Shown here piece after piece: positions 38,027-46,802 of a stretch of 64,000 bases of DNA (position 1 is the first letter of the stretch; each line of letters starts with the position of its first letter). Source of the stretch: an uncultured Gammaproteobacteria bacterium (GTDB lineage: Bacteria > Patescibacteriota > Microgenomatia > Levybacterales > UBA12049). The stretch covers positions 19,907 to 83,906 of the forward strand of contig CAYZZF010000001.1 in the NCBI GenBank assembly GCA_964483115.1, given 5' to 3'. The position numbers and the translations under genes are program-made. The notes beneath the pieces are model-generated. The model saw nothing but the letters and a program-made list of their open reading frames with translations. It was not told the origin of the DNA and made no database searches.

Positions 38027-39714
38027 GAAATCTTAAGATTCTTTTTCTTTTAAGTATTATTCTTTTGGCCGTATTCTTACGTTTTTATAAATTAAATACC
38101 GTTCCACCGAGTGCCTCTTTAGACGAGGCAAGCATTGGTTTTAATGCTTACTCAATTCTTCAAACAGGAGAGGATGAGTACGGATATAAATTTCCCATTC
38201 TTCTCAGAGCTTACGATGATTGGCGCCCTGCGCTTTACGTTTATCTTGTCATTCCATTTGTAAAAATTTTTGGTCTTGATGCTATATCGGTGCGCTTACC
38301 TTCGGTGATTCTTTCAGTTCTAACTATTTTAGCAACTTATTTTTTGGTAAAAAAACTTTTTAAACTCAAAACTCAAAACTCAAAACTCAAAAATACAATT
38401 CAAAATTCAAAAGAATCAGAAATTAGTAGTTTGAGATTAGAAATTTTAGCTTTGCTTTCAATAGGATTGTTCGCGATATCCCCATTGAGTGTATATATTT
38501 CAAGACTTGGCCACGAAGCAAATCTAGGACTATTTTTTGTTGTTTTTGGAATTTTATTTTTTCTGCTTTCGCAAAGAAAAAAAACGTTTCTTATTCTTTC
38601 TGCAATTTTTTTTGCTCTATCTTTATATTCATATCAGAGTGAAAAAATATTTGCCCCGCTTATAGTTATTGCTCTGGGTATTATATACAGAAAAGAGCTT
38701 TATAAGATAAAAAAAACTCTTTTACTATCTATTGTTATAGGATTATTAATTTCGATTCCAATTTTAGCTGCTTCTTTTTCTCCGCAAGCGCTTATTAGAT
38801 TTAAAGGAACCAGCGCATTTGATGCTTCTAATCCTTTATATAGTCAAAGCGCAAAACGTCTTCTTATAAGTCGGCAGAAGAGCGATATTATTGGTGAGGT
38901 TCTAAACAATAGACGAATAACAAGCGTATATATTTTTATTTCCCAATATTTTTCAAATTTTAATCCGCAATGGATTTTTGAGAATCGTGGAAACGAATCA
39001 TTTAAAGCGCCAGGAGTTGGACTTTTATATTTTTGGGAGGCTCCGTTTCTTTTGGTTGGGATATTTTCCCTTTTCAAAAATAAATATTCATCAAAGACAA
39101 AAGCTGTTGTCGCTTCTTGGGCTCTAATAGCTTTTGTTGCTCCTTCTATAACAACTCAAGCCCCTCATGCTATGAGATCTTACAATGTATTGCCAATACC
39201 TCAGATTTTGATTGGCCTTGGGATCCTTGAAATGGGTAAATTCTTCCCTAAAAAGCTTGGAATTATTTTGCTTGCCATTTTAGTGGTTTCTCAACTTTAC
39301 TACTTCTTTAATCAATATTTTTTTGTTTTTCCAAGAACGGAATCATCTTCATTTCAATATGCTTTATCAAATGTAATGCCTTATGTTTCTAGAGTCAAAA
39401 ATAAATATAAAACTGTTGTAATTTCAAATAGGGATAACTTATACCAATCTTATATGTTTTATCTTTTTTATACTAGATATAAGCCAACATTGTATTTAGG
39501 AAACGGAGGTACTGTATCTGGCGGATTTGCTCAAACGCATAAAATTGACAATCTTTTGTTTAAGCCCATTTCTTTTAAAGATAATGCAATAGAAGGGAAA
39601 ACCCTTTATGTAGGTAATCCTTCGGATTTTCCAAAATCCGAAGCTAGTCTTCTTATGTTTGAAAACCTTGATGGAAAACCTGCCGTAGAAGTGGTATCAA
39701 AAAATGAAAATTAA
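38023..39714 (+). CDS. GT-C membrane glycosyltransferase (ArnT/PMT_2-like), third tandem paralog
   Basis: NTVPPSASLDEASIGFNAYSIL...DEYGYKFPI...WRPALYVYL. Carries an (AAACTCA)x4 tract. Confidence 0.6.
   Translation: MRNLKILFLLSIILLAVFLRFYKLNTVPPSASLDEASIGFNAYSILQTGEDEYGYKFPILLRAYDDWRPALYVYLVIPFVKIFGLDAISVRLPSVILSVLTILATYFLVKKLFKLKTQNSKLKNTIQNSKESEISSLRLEILALLSIGLFAISPLSVYISRLGHEANLGLFFVVFGILFFLLSQRKKTFLILSAIFFALSLYSYQSEKIFAPLIVIALGIIYRKELYKIKKTLLLSIVIGLLISIPILAASFSPQALIRFKGTSAFDASNPLYSQSAKRLLISRQKSDIIGEVLNNRRITSVYIFISQYFSNFNPQWIFENRGNESFKAPGVGLLYFWEAPFLLVGIFSLFKNKYSSKTKAVVASWALIAFVAPSITTQAPHAMRSYNVLPIPQILIGLGILEMGKFFPKKLGIILLAILVVSQLYYFFNQYFFVFPRTESSSFQYALSNVMPYVSRVKNKYKTVVISNRDNLYQSYMFYLFYTRYKPTLYLGNGGTVSGGFAQTHKIDNLLFKPISFKDNAIEGKTLYVGNPSDFPKSEASLLMFENLDGKPAVEVVSKNEN
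38362..38410 (+). repeat. (AAACTCA)x4 perfect plus three degenerate units, in-frame in the GT-C gene at 38023
   Basis: aaactca x4 then aaaatac aattcaa aattcaa. Encodes KLKTQNSKLKNTIQNSK. Confidence 0.95.
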
Positions 39715-41335
39715 GTATTTAATTTTTCTTATATTGCTTTGTGTTATCCCTATAATCTCGTTATTCCACAGCGGATTGCCAATTACTCATGATGGACAGG
39801 ATCATGTGGCAAGAATTGCCAATTTTTATCAAAATTTAAAAGAAGGTGTAATTATTCCTCGCTGGGCGGGAAATCTAAATTGGGGATATGGCCATCCTAT
39901 TTTGGAGTTTTTGTATCCGCTCCCATCATATATCGCATCCCTGTTCCATTTTATAGGATTTTCTTTGGTTGATTCTACAAAGATAGTTTTTGGCCTTTCT
40001 ATGGTTTCGTCTTTGATATTTATGTACTTGTGGTTATCCTCTTTTCTTTCAAGGAATTCTGCTATTTTAGGCGCAGTTTTATATGCTTATGCACCTTATA
40101 GATTTGTCGACCTTTATGTAAGAGGAGACATAGGTGAGAATTTAGCTTTTGCATTTATTCCATTAGTTCTCCTTTTTATTTATAGAATTTCTAAAGAAAA
40201 AAATTTCAATAATGTTCTTTTTGGAGGGATATCTCTTGCCTTTCTAATTCTTTCCCACAACGCAGTAAGCCTTATATTTATACCGTTTATCCTTTTTTAT
40301 ACACTTTTTTTAATCGCAAAAGATAAAAACAGAAAAAGAAAACTTATTTACTATTATACTATTATATTAGTATTAGGTTTTGCTTTATCTGCCTTTTTTT
40401 GGATTCCAGGTCTTTTTGAAGCAAAATACACACTTAGAAATATTGTAACAAAAGGCGCGTATTTAGAAAGATTTGTAAATTTAAAAGATTTAATTTACGG
40501 TTCATGGAAATACGACATCACAGGTCAATTTACCGTTCAAGTTGGAATCATCAATTGGTTATCATTAATAGTTTCTCCAATTGTTGGATTTTATCTTTAC
40601 AAAAAAACCAATAAGGATTATATATTAATCTTGGGTCTTATTATTTATACTCTTATTGCTATATTTTTGATGCTTCCTGTCTCTAACTTTATTTGGTCAA
40701 GAATTATGCTTTTGCAAAACTTTCAATTTCCCTGGCGATTTTTGGCAATAACTATTTTTACAACTGCTGTTCTAGGAGCTTTTTTTGTTTCACTTATTCC
40801 TCAAAAATTTCAGATTTGGTTTTCGCTAGTTCTTATAGCTTTGATTTTGATTCTTAGTAAAGATTACATAAAGCCTAAAGGATATCTTTATAAACCAGAA
40901 AGTTTTTACACAGGAATTTATAAGGGAACTACAGATACAGGTGAGAGTGCACCAATTTGGTCTGTGAGATTTATGGAAAAAGAGCCAAAAGCGCATCTGG
41001 AAGTAGTGGATGGCGAGGCTAAAATAACAGAGATAAAAAGAACCTCAATTTATCACGAGTATAAGATAGCGGCAAGAAAGAAAACGATGTTTTTGGAGAA
41101 TACTTTATATTTTCCGGGTTGGCAAATAATTGCCAACAACAATCCTGTACAAATCGAATTTCAAAATCCACAATATAGAGGGCTTATGACTTTTGTTCTT
41201 GGAAAAGGCAATTATAAATTAGCGGTTCTTTATAAAGAAACAAAAGTAAGAGCTTTTGCAGATGCTATTTCTATAGTGGTATTTTTAAATATTTTGGGAC
41301 TCTTTACTTTTAAGTTTGTAAAAGTTAAATTTTAA
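39704..41335 (+). CDS. polytopic membrane protein, GT-C-like family A, paralog 3
   Basis: LFHSGLPITHDGQDHVARIANF...GVIIPRWAGNLNWGYGHP plus the C-terminal tail motif. Confidence 0.5.
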   Translation: MKIKYLIFLILLCVIPIISLFHSGLPITHDGQDHVARIANFYQNLKEGVIIPRWAGNLNWGYGHPILEFLYPLPSYIASLFHFIGFSLVDSTKIVFGLSMVSSLIFMYLWLSSFLSRNSAILGAVLYAYAPYRFVDLYVRGDIGENLAFAFIPLVLLFIYRISKEKNFNNVLFGGISLAFLILSHNAVSLIFIPFILFYTLFLIAKDKNRKRKLIYYYTIILVLGFALSAFFWIPGLFEAKYTLRNIVTKGAYLERFVNLKDLIYGSWKYDITGQFTVQVGIINWLSLIVSPIVGFYLYKKTNKDYILILGLIIYTLIAIFLMLPVSNFIWSRIMLLQNFQFPWRFLAITIFTTAVLGAFFVSLIPQKFQIWFSLVLIALILILSKDYIKPKGYLYKPESFYTGIYKGTTDTGESAPIWSVRFMEKEPKAHLEVVDGEAKITEIKRTSIYHEYKIAARKKTMFLENTLYFPGWQIIANNNPVQIEFQNPQYRGLMTFVLGKGNYKLAVLYKETKVRAFADAISIVVFLNILGLFTFKFVKVKF

Positions 41336-41351
41336 AGGTATTATACGAATT

Positions 41352-42179
41352 ATGAGAGAAACTCTGTCTGTTGTCTTGGCAACATACAACGAGGAAGGAA
41401 ATCTGAAAAAATGCCTTGATTCTGCCAAAGATTTAGCCGATGAAATTATTGTAGTTGATGGATTTTCAACTGATAGGACGGTTGAGATAGCAAAAAATTA
41501 TGGTGCTAGGATAAAGGTAACAACAAATAAGCCTAACTTTCATATCAATAAACAAATGGCAATTGATATGGCAATTTGCGATTGGATTCTTCAGCTTGAC
41601 GCGGACGAACGAGTTACACCGGAACTTAAAGAGGAAATACTAAAAATATTGACTTATGACTTAGGACCTAAGACTGAAGACCTAAGCCATAAATCAGAAG
41701 TCGTAAGCCCGAATGGTTATTGGATGCCAAGAAAAAATTGGTTCTTAGGAAGATTTCTTATGAAAGGCGGGCAATATCCGGATTACACCTTAAGACTTTA
41801 TAGAAGAGGTAAAGGAAGACTCCCGCAAAAAGATGTTCACGAGCAAGCAGAGGTTGAAGGAAAAGTTGGTTATCTTAAAAATGCTCTCTTGCATTACCCA
41901 TATAAAAATTTTTCGCACTACCTTTCTAAATGGGGTAATTATAATGATTTTTTCGCTCCGCAGATAAGGGAAGAGCAGAAAAACAAAAATATTATTCAAA
42001 AAATTTTTTATGGGTTAGGGTATATTTTTGTAAAACCGATTTATTGGTTCTTGATTACATATGTAAGACATAAAGGTTTTATAGATAGCTGGCAGGGTTT
42101 TGTTTTTTCTCTTTTCTCTTCCCTCAGATTTCCTGTATCATATATTAAGTATTTAGGACTGAGGACGATAAGACAATGA
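41352..42179 (+). CDS. GT2 glycosyltransferase (WaaE/KdtX-like subgroup)
   Basis: LSVVLATYNEEGNLKKCLDSAKDLADEIIVVDGFSTDRT. Confidence 0.65.
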   Translation: MRETLSVVLATYNEEGNLKKCLDSAKDLADEIIVVDGFSTDRTVEIAKNYGARIKVTTNKPNFHINKQMAIDMAICDWILQLDADERVTPELKEEILKILTYDLGPKTEDLSHKSEVVSPNGYWMPRKNWFLGRFLMKGGQYPDYTLRLYRRGKGRLPQKDVHEQAEVEGKVGYLKNALLHYPYKNFSHYLSKWGNYNDFFAPQIREEQKNKNIIQKIFYGLGYIFVKPIYWFLITYVRHKGFIDSWQGFVFSLFSSLRFPVSYIKYLGLRTIRQ

Positions 42180-42523
42180 GAAACAGATTTGAGGAACTTG
42201 ACGTTTATAAAAAGGCGCATCTTTTAGTTCTTAAAATTTACAAAATAACTGAAAAATTTCCTAAGTCAGAAATATTGGGTTTAATAAGTCAAATAAGAAG
42301 AGCATCTATATCTGTAGTCGCGAATATAATGAAAGGAAACACAAGAAGCTATAAAAAAGAATTTATTAAGTTTTTATATCTTTCTAGGGGTTTGTTATAA
42401 GAAGTTAAATATTACTTTATTCTTGGATTAAATTTAAAGTATATTAGCAAAAATGATTGCGATAAGCTTTAAGAAAAATCAGAAAAAGTTGGTAAAATGT
42501 TATCAGGTTTAATAAAATATTGA
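42176..42523 (+). pseudogene. four-helix-bundle protein (23S rRNA intervening-sequence protein family) with two in-frame TAA nonsense codons
   Basis: FPKSEILGLISQIRRASISVVANI...FLYLSRG matches the family core. The frame continues in phase through TAA (42398-42400) and TAA (42470-42472) to a TGA at 42521, restoring the expected length of about 115 aa (…EVKYYFILGLNLKYI…KMLSGLIKY). Confidence 0.5.
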
Positions 42524-42562
42524 AAAATAATTCTTAGGTCATAAGTCCTAAGCCATAGATTT

Positions 42563-43552
42563 ATGAGAATTTTACTTACCGGCGGCGCAGGATATATTGG
42601 TAGTTTTGTGGTAAAAAGACTTCTTGAAAAAGGAGACGAGGTTATAGTTTTGGATAGTCTTGAGAGAGGAGAGGAAAGAAATATAGACAAAAGGGCAATT
42701 TTTATAAAGGCAAATCTGTGGGATCGAGACAAGTTGGAGGACGCGTTTAGAAAATACAATTTCGAAGCAGTAATGCATTTTGCAGGCTTAATTTCTATGG
42801 AAGAGTCTATGGAAAATCCTGGAATCTATTTCTATAACAATACAGGAGGGTCACTAGAATTAATTGAACATGCAACTAAAAATAATGTAAAATATTTTAT
42901 TTTCTCTTCAACTGCTGGTGTTTACGGAAATCCAATAAAAACCCCAATCCCAGAAGATCATCCTACAAACCCCACAAATCCCTATGGAGAAAGCAAGCTT
43001 ATGGTTGAAAAAATCCTTCCCTGGTATAACAGAATTTATGGATTAAATTTTATAAGCCTTCGATATTTTAATGCTGCAGGAGCATCTTTAGATGGTTCAA
43101 TGGGGGAAGGTCATGATCCTGAAACACATATAATTCCTTTGGCAATAAAAGCAGCTTTAGAAAATAAAGAATTTACACTTTATGGCGATAACTATAATAC
43201 AAAAGATGGGACATGCATTAGAGATTATATACATGTAATAGACCTTGTAGAATTTCATATATTAGCTCTTGAAAAATTAAAGAAAGAGCAAGGAGGTTTC
43301 TTTTATAATGTCGGAACAGGACAAGGTTATTCTAATAGAGAAGTTATTGAAATGATAAAAAAAGTTTCAGGTATTGGGTTAAAAGTTAAAATTGCCGCAA
43401 GAAGACCTGGGGATGCAGAAGTATTAATTGCTGATCCAACAAAGATTAAAAATGAACTTGGCTTTAACCCCAGATATTCAGATTTAGAAACGATAATTAA
43501 AACTGCATGGAAATGGTACAAAAATAGTTCAAACCTCAAAATTGAAAATTAA
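42563..43552 (+). CDS. galE: UDP-glucose 4-epimerase
   Basis: MRILLTGGAGYIGS Rossmann N-terminus, a YxxxK element (YGESK) and an extended-SDR fold throughout. Confidence 0.85.
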   Translation: MRILLTGGAGYIGSFVVKRLLEKGDEVIVLDSLERGEERNIDKRAIFIKANLWDRDKLEDAFRKYNFEAVMHFAGLISMEESMENPGIYFYNNTGGSLELIEHATKNNVKYFIFSSTAGVYGNPIKTPIPEDHPTNPTNPYGESKLMVEKILPWYNRIYGLNFISLRYFNAAGASLDGSMGEGHDPETHIIPLAIKAALENKEFTLYGDNYNTKDGTCIRDYIHVIDLVEFHILALEKLKKEQGGFFYNVGTGQGYSNREVIEMIKKVSGIGLKVKIAARRPGDAEVLIADPTKIKNELGFNPRYSDLETIIKTAWKWYKNSSNLKIEN

Positions 43553-43862
43553 AAATGAGACATTATTATTAAACAAGCTAATTCTACGAGATATGTTTTT
43601 CAAACATATCTTAAGAGTATATGGTTATATTATTAACATAGTATATTTTTTTGGTTGGTATGCTATTGTAGATAATAGGCCCTCATTGTTAGAGCCTACA
43701 AAAAATGGGTTAATTAAACTGACTGTTTTAAGAGGGAAATATAATATCGAAGTTAAATTTGTAAAAACTCCTGTCAGAAAATTTTCAGATACGGTTTCTT
43801 TATTATCATTCTTAATACTTTTAATAATTCTTGTAAAAGCTGTATATTTAAAACAGGTATGA
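43542..43862 (+). pseudogene. orphan C-terminal fragment of a family-A GT-C membrane protein
   Basis: YFFGWYAIVDNRPSLLEPTKNGLIKLTVLRGKYNIEVKFVKTPVRKF...LLIILVKAVYLKQV aligns with the last 90 aa of the CDS at 11649 (YFPGWKSTIDGNPSNIEYTNDRGVIDLSVPKGEHKIKLKFSETPLRLL...ITLKAVYIHRV). The upstream 450 aa are absent. Confidence 0.45.
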
Positions 43863-44917
43863 ATATAGCAATAGATATCTCGCCCCTTAAGAGCGGACAT
43901 TTTTTACAACACAGAGTTAGAGGAACAGGTTTTTATATAGATAATTTAAAAAGATCATTAATGAAATATTTTCCAGACAATAAATACACTTTTTTTACTC
44001 GAGGAGAAAAACTGTCCAAAGATATAGACTTAGTTCACTATCCTTATTTTGAGCCATTTTTTTTGACACTTCCTCTAGTTAAAAATCGCAAATCAGCTAT
44101 TACAATTCATGATTTGACTCCTCTTGTTTTTTCAAATGCTTTTCCAAGAGGAATAAGAGGAGAAATTAAATGGCAAATTCAAAAAAAACTTTTGGAAAGA
44201 GCAGATGTAATTATTACAGATTCAGAATGTTCAAAAAAAGACATTACTAGGTATACTGGTATACCTGACAAAAAAATTAATGTCGTTTATCTTGCAGCAG
44301 GAGAACAGTTTAAAAGAATCAAGAATCAAGAATCAAGAATCAGGGATCTGAAAACAAAATATGGATTGCCTGAAAGGTTCGTACTCTATGTAGGCGATGT
44401 TACCTGGAATAAAAATCTGCCAAGGCTGATCGAAGCGATAAAAAAGATTAATGCTACTTTGGTTATGACTGGCAGGACTTTAGCAAGTAAAGATTTTGAC
44501 CGCAATAATCCTTGGAACCAAGATCTAGTTCGGGTTCAAGAATTGGCAAAAGACGATAAAAGAATTATCCGCTTGGATTTTGTTCCGACAGGAGATTTAG
44601 TCTTTCTCTACAATATGGCCACTGTCTTTGCAATGCCCAGCTTATATGAGGGGTTTGGCTTGCCGATTCTCGAGGCTATGAGCTGCGGTTGCCCTGTTGT
44701 AACATCAAAAGAGGGTTCTTTGGAAGAAATTGCAAAAGATGCAGCTTTTTATGTAGATGCATATAATGTCGAAAGCATTGCAAAAGGGATTAAACAATTA
44801 TTTGCAAGCGACAGCCTGAGAAGAGAATTTTCAAAAAAAGGACTGGAACAGGCGAAAAAATTTTCATGGAAAAAAACAGCAGAAGATACTTTAAAAGTAT
44901 ATAAGAAAGTATTGTAA
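43859..44917 (+). CDS. GT4 (GT-B fold) glycosyltransferase
   Basis: EGFGLPILEAMSCGCPVVTSKEGSLEEI. Carries an (AAGAATC)x4 tract. Confidence 0.7.
   Translation: MNIAIDISPLKSGHFLQHRVRGTGFYIDNLKRSLMKYFPDNKYTFFTRGEKLSKDIDLVHYPYFEPFFLTLPLVKNRKSAITIHDLTPLVFSNAFPRGIRGEIKWQIQKKLLERADVIITDSECSKKDITRYTGIPDKKINVVYLAAGEQFKRIKNQESRIRDLKTKYGLPERFVLYVGDVTWNKNLPRLIEAIKKINATLVMTGRTLASKDFDRNNPWNQDLVRVQELAKDDKRIIRLDFVPTGDLVFLYNMATVFAMPSLYEGFGLPILEAMSCGCPVVTSKEGSLEEIAKDAAFYVDAYNVESIAKGIKQLFASDSLRREFSKKGLEQAKKFSWKKTAEDTLKVYKKVL
44314..44341 (+). repeat. (AAGAATC)x4 perfect, in-frame in the GT4 gene at 43859
   Basis: aagaatc x4. Encodes KNQESRIRD. Confidence 0.95.
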
Positions 44918-46224
44918 TGAATTTAATAAAAAGTCTTATTAACCATGAGTTGATAAGCGGAAGTTCTTACATATTTATTGGTTCAATGGTAGCCAATGTT
45001 TTGGCATTTCTTCTTAATCTTTTTTTGGCAAGAAACCTTTCGTATGCAGATTACTCCATATTTGCGTCCCTTTTGTCTGTAATCACATTAGCATCCATAC
45101 CGGCGGGGTCGATTAGCACTATTATTGTAAAATTTGCCACGCATTATTTTGTAAAGGAGGAAAACGAAAAACTTAAACAGCTTTATTTGACATTTTTCAA
45201 AATGATTTTGGGGATTTCAATTCTTATTATTGTTTTGTTTCTTGCCCTGTCGGTTCCAATTTTAAATTATTTGAATTTGGATAATGTCTGGTACGTTATT
45301 ATAACAGGATTTGCCATATCTTCATTTTATTTAAATGCGTTAAATACGGCATTTCTTCAAAGCCTTCTTAAATTTGGTTTTATTTCTTTTTTGAACGCAT
45401 TTGGAGGAGTAGTAAAACTTGCCTTTGGTATTTTGTTGGCTATTTTGGGTTATCGGGCTTTTAGCGGTTTATGGTCTGTTTTTTTTATGACTCTTGGGAT
45501 GTTTTTTCTTGCATTTATCCCACTTTCAAAGATTTTGAGTGCTAAATCAACAGTTAAAAAGGTGAGTTTAAACACAAGAGAGATTTTTTTATACGCTGTT
45601 CCAACTTTCACAACCGTGCTTTTTCTAACGTCGTTTACATCAACAGACGTAATTTTGGTAAAGCATTTTTTTGAGCCACGGCTCGCGGGTTTTTATGCAG
45701 GGCTTTCATTAATAGGCAAGGTAATTTTTTATTTTACATTTCCAATCCCAGTGGTGATGTTTCCACTCCTTGTTAAAAGACATTCAACAGGCAGAGAATT
45801 TGTGAACCTTTTTTATCTTGCTCTTTTTTTGGTAATGTTTCCATCGATTGCAATCACTGCATTTTATTTTATAAGACCCGAGTTTGTCATTAATTTTTTC
45901 CTAGGCGGAAGGGAATATTTGTATGTTGCAAAATACCTTGGAGTCTTTGGTTTATACCTTACCGTTTTTAGTATGGTAAACGTATGCGTCAATTTCTTTC
46001 TTTCTTTAAATAAAACAAAAATAGCCTTTTTTGTTATCCCGGCTGCAATTCTACAAATTATTTTAATATATTTTTATCACTCAAATTTTTACCAGGTTAT
46101 AGGAGTATCCCTTTTTGTTTCAAGCGTGCTTTTGGTTTTGCTTTTGATCGCCTTTTTTAGAAATTACTGGAGTTTTGGAGAAATAAAGGAAAGGATAGCA
46201 TTTTTAACGAACCCTTCAGTTTAG
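44917..46224 (+). CDS. oligosaccharide flippase (Wzx-like, MOP superfamily)
   Basis: 12-14 TM. The N-terminal region is typical of O-unit flippases. Confidence 0.55.
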   Translation: MNLIKSLINHELISGSSYIFIGSMVANVLAFLLNLFLARNLSYADYSIFASLLSVITLASIPAGSISTIIVKFATHYFVKEENEKLKQLYLTFFKMILGISILIIVLFLALSVPILNYLNLDNVWYVIITGFAISSFYLNALNTAFLQSLLKFGFISFLNAFGGVVKLAFGILLAILGYRAFSGLWSVFFMTLGMFFLAFIPLSKILSAKSTVKKVSLNTREIFLYAVPTFTTVLFLTSFTSTDVILVKHFFEPRLAGFYAGLSLIGKVIFYFTFPIPVVMFPLLVKRHSTGREFVNLFYLALFLVMFPSIAITAFYFIRPEFVINFFLGGREYLYVAKYLGVFGLYLTVFSMVNVCVNFFLSLNKTKIAFFVIPAAILQIILIYFYHSNFYQVIGVSLFVSSVLLVLLLIAFFRNYWSFGEIKERIAFLTNPSV

Positions 46225-46235
46225 TTCATGAAATA

Positions 46236-46802
46236 TTGTATAATCGATTTATGGAATTTGTCACCCTTAAAAATAAAGACAAAATAAGGCTTATCGAAAA
46301 TGTTTTAATCTATCCTCTAAAAATAAATCAAGATGAATCTGGTGGTATTTTGGTAGAAACACTTAGAACTGATTGGCCACAAATCTATGGTCCTAAGCGA
46401 GAGTTTTTTATGCAATATTACTCAATTACTCCAAGTGGCAAGGCCCGAGATGAAAATGTCTGGCATTATCACCCAAACTATCAAGAAGACAGATTTGTAG
46501 TTGCTCAAGGCGAAATTATTGTTGCAGTCGCAGACCAAAGAGAAAATTCTTTCACCAACGGATTTTTAAATCTTTTTTATATGCAGGGAAATAAAGATCC
46601 CTACATTTTGCTAGTTCCCAAAAGAACCCTTCATGGATTTATGGTTGTCTCAAAAGAGCCAGTCATCTTATTAAATTACCCAACAGGTCTTTATAATCCG
46701 AAAGAGGAAGGAAGAGTCCCTTATGAGAAGGCGAATGTAAAATTTGAAGATGGCTCGGAATTTTCATGGAACAAAGTTAGAGAGTTCTTCCTTCAAAAAT
46801 AA
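46236..46802 (+). CDS. cupin-fold NDP-sugar epimerase/isomerase (dTDP-4-dehydrorhamnose 3,5-epimerase RmlC-like)
   Basis: 188 aa. Cupin core VWHYHPNYQEDRFVVAQGEIIVAVAD. Sits immediately upstream of rmlD. Confidence 0.45.
   Translation: MYNRFMEFVTLKNKDKIRLIENVLIYPLKINQDESGGILVETLRTDWPQIYGPKREFFMQYYSITPSGKARDENVWHYHPNYQEDRFVVAQGEIIVAVADQRENSFTNGFLNLFYMQGNKDPYILLVPKRTLHGFMVVSKEPVILLNYPTGLYNPKEEGRVPYEKANVKFEDGSEFSWNKVREFFLQK

Noticed and set aside
20382-42472. TAA reassigned as a sense codon, to explain three in-phase TAAs
   Set aside because: TAA terminates numerous intact, homology-supported genes in the window (for example 9278, 11665, 13211). Nonsense mutation in decaying genes is the simpler explanation.
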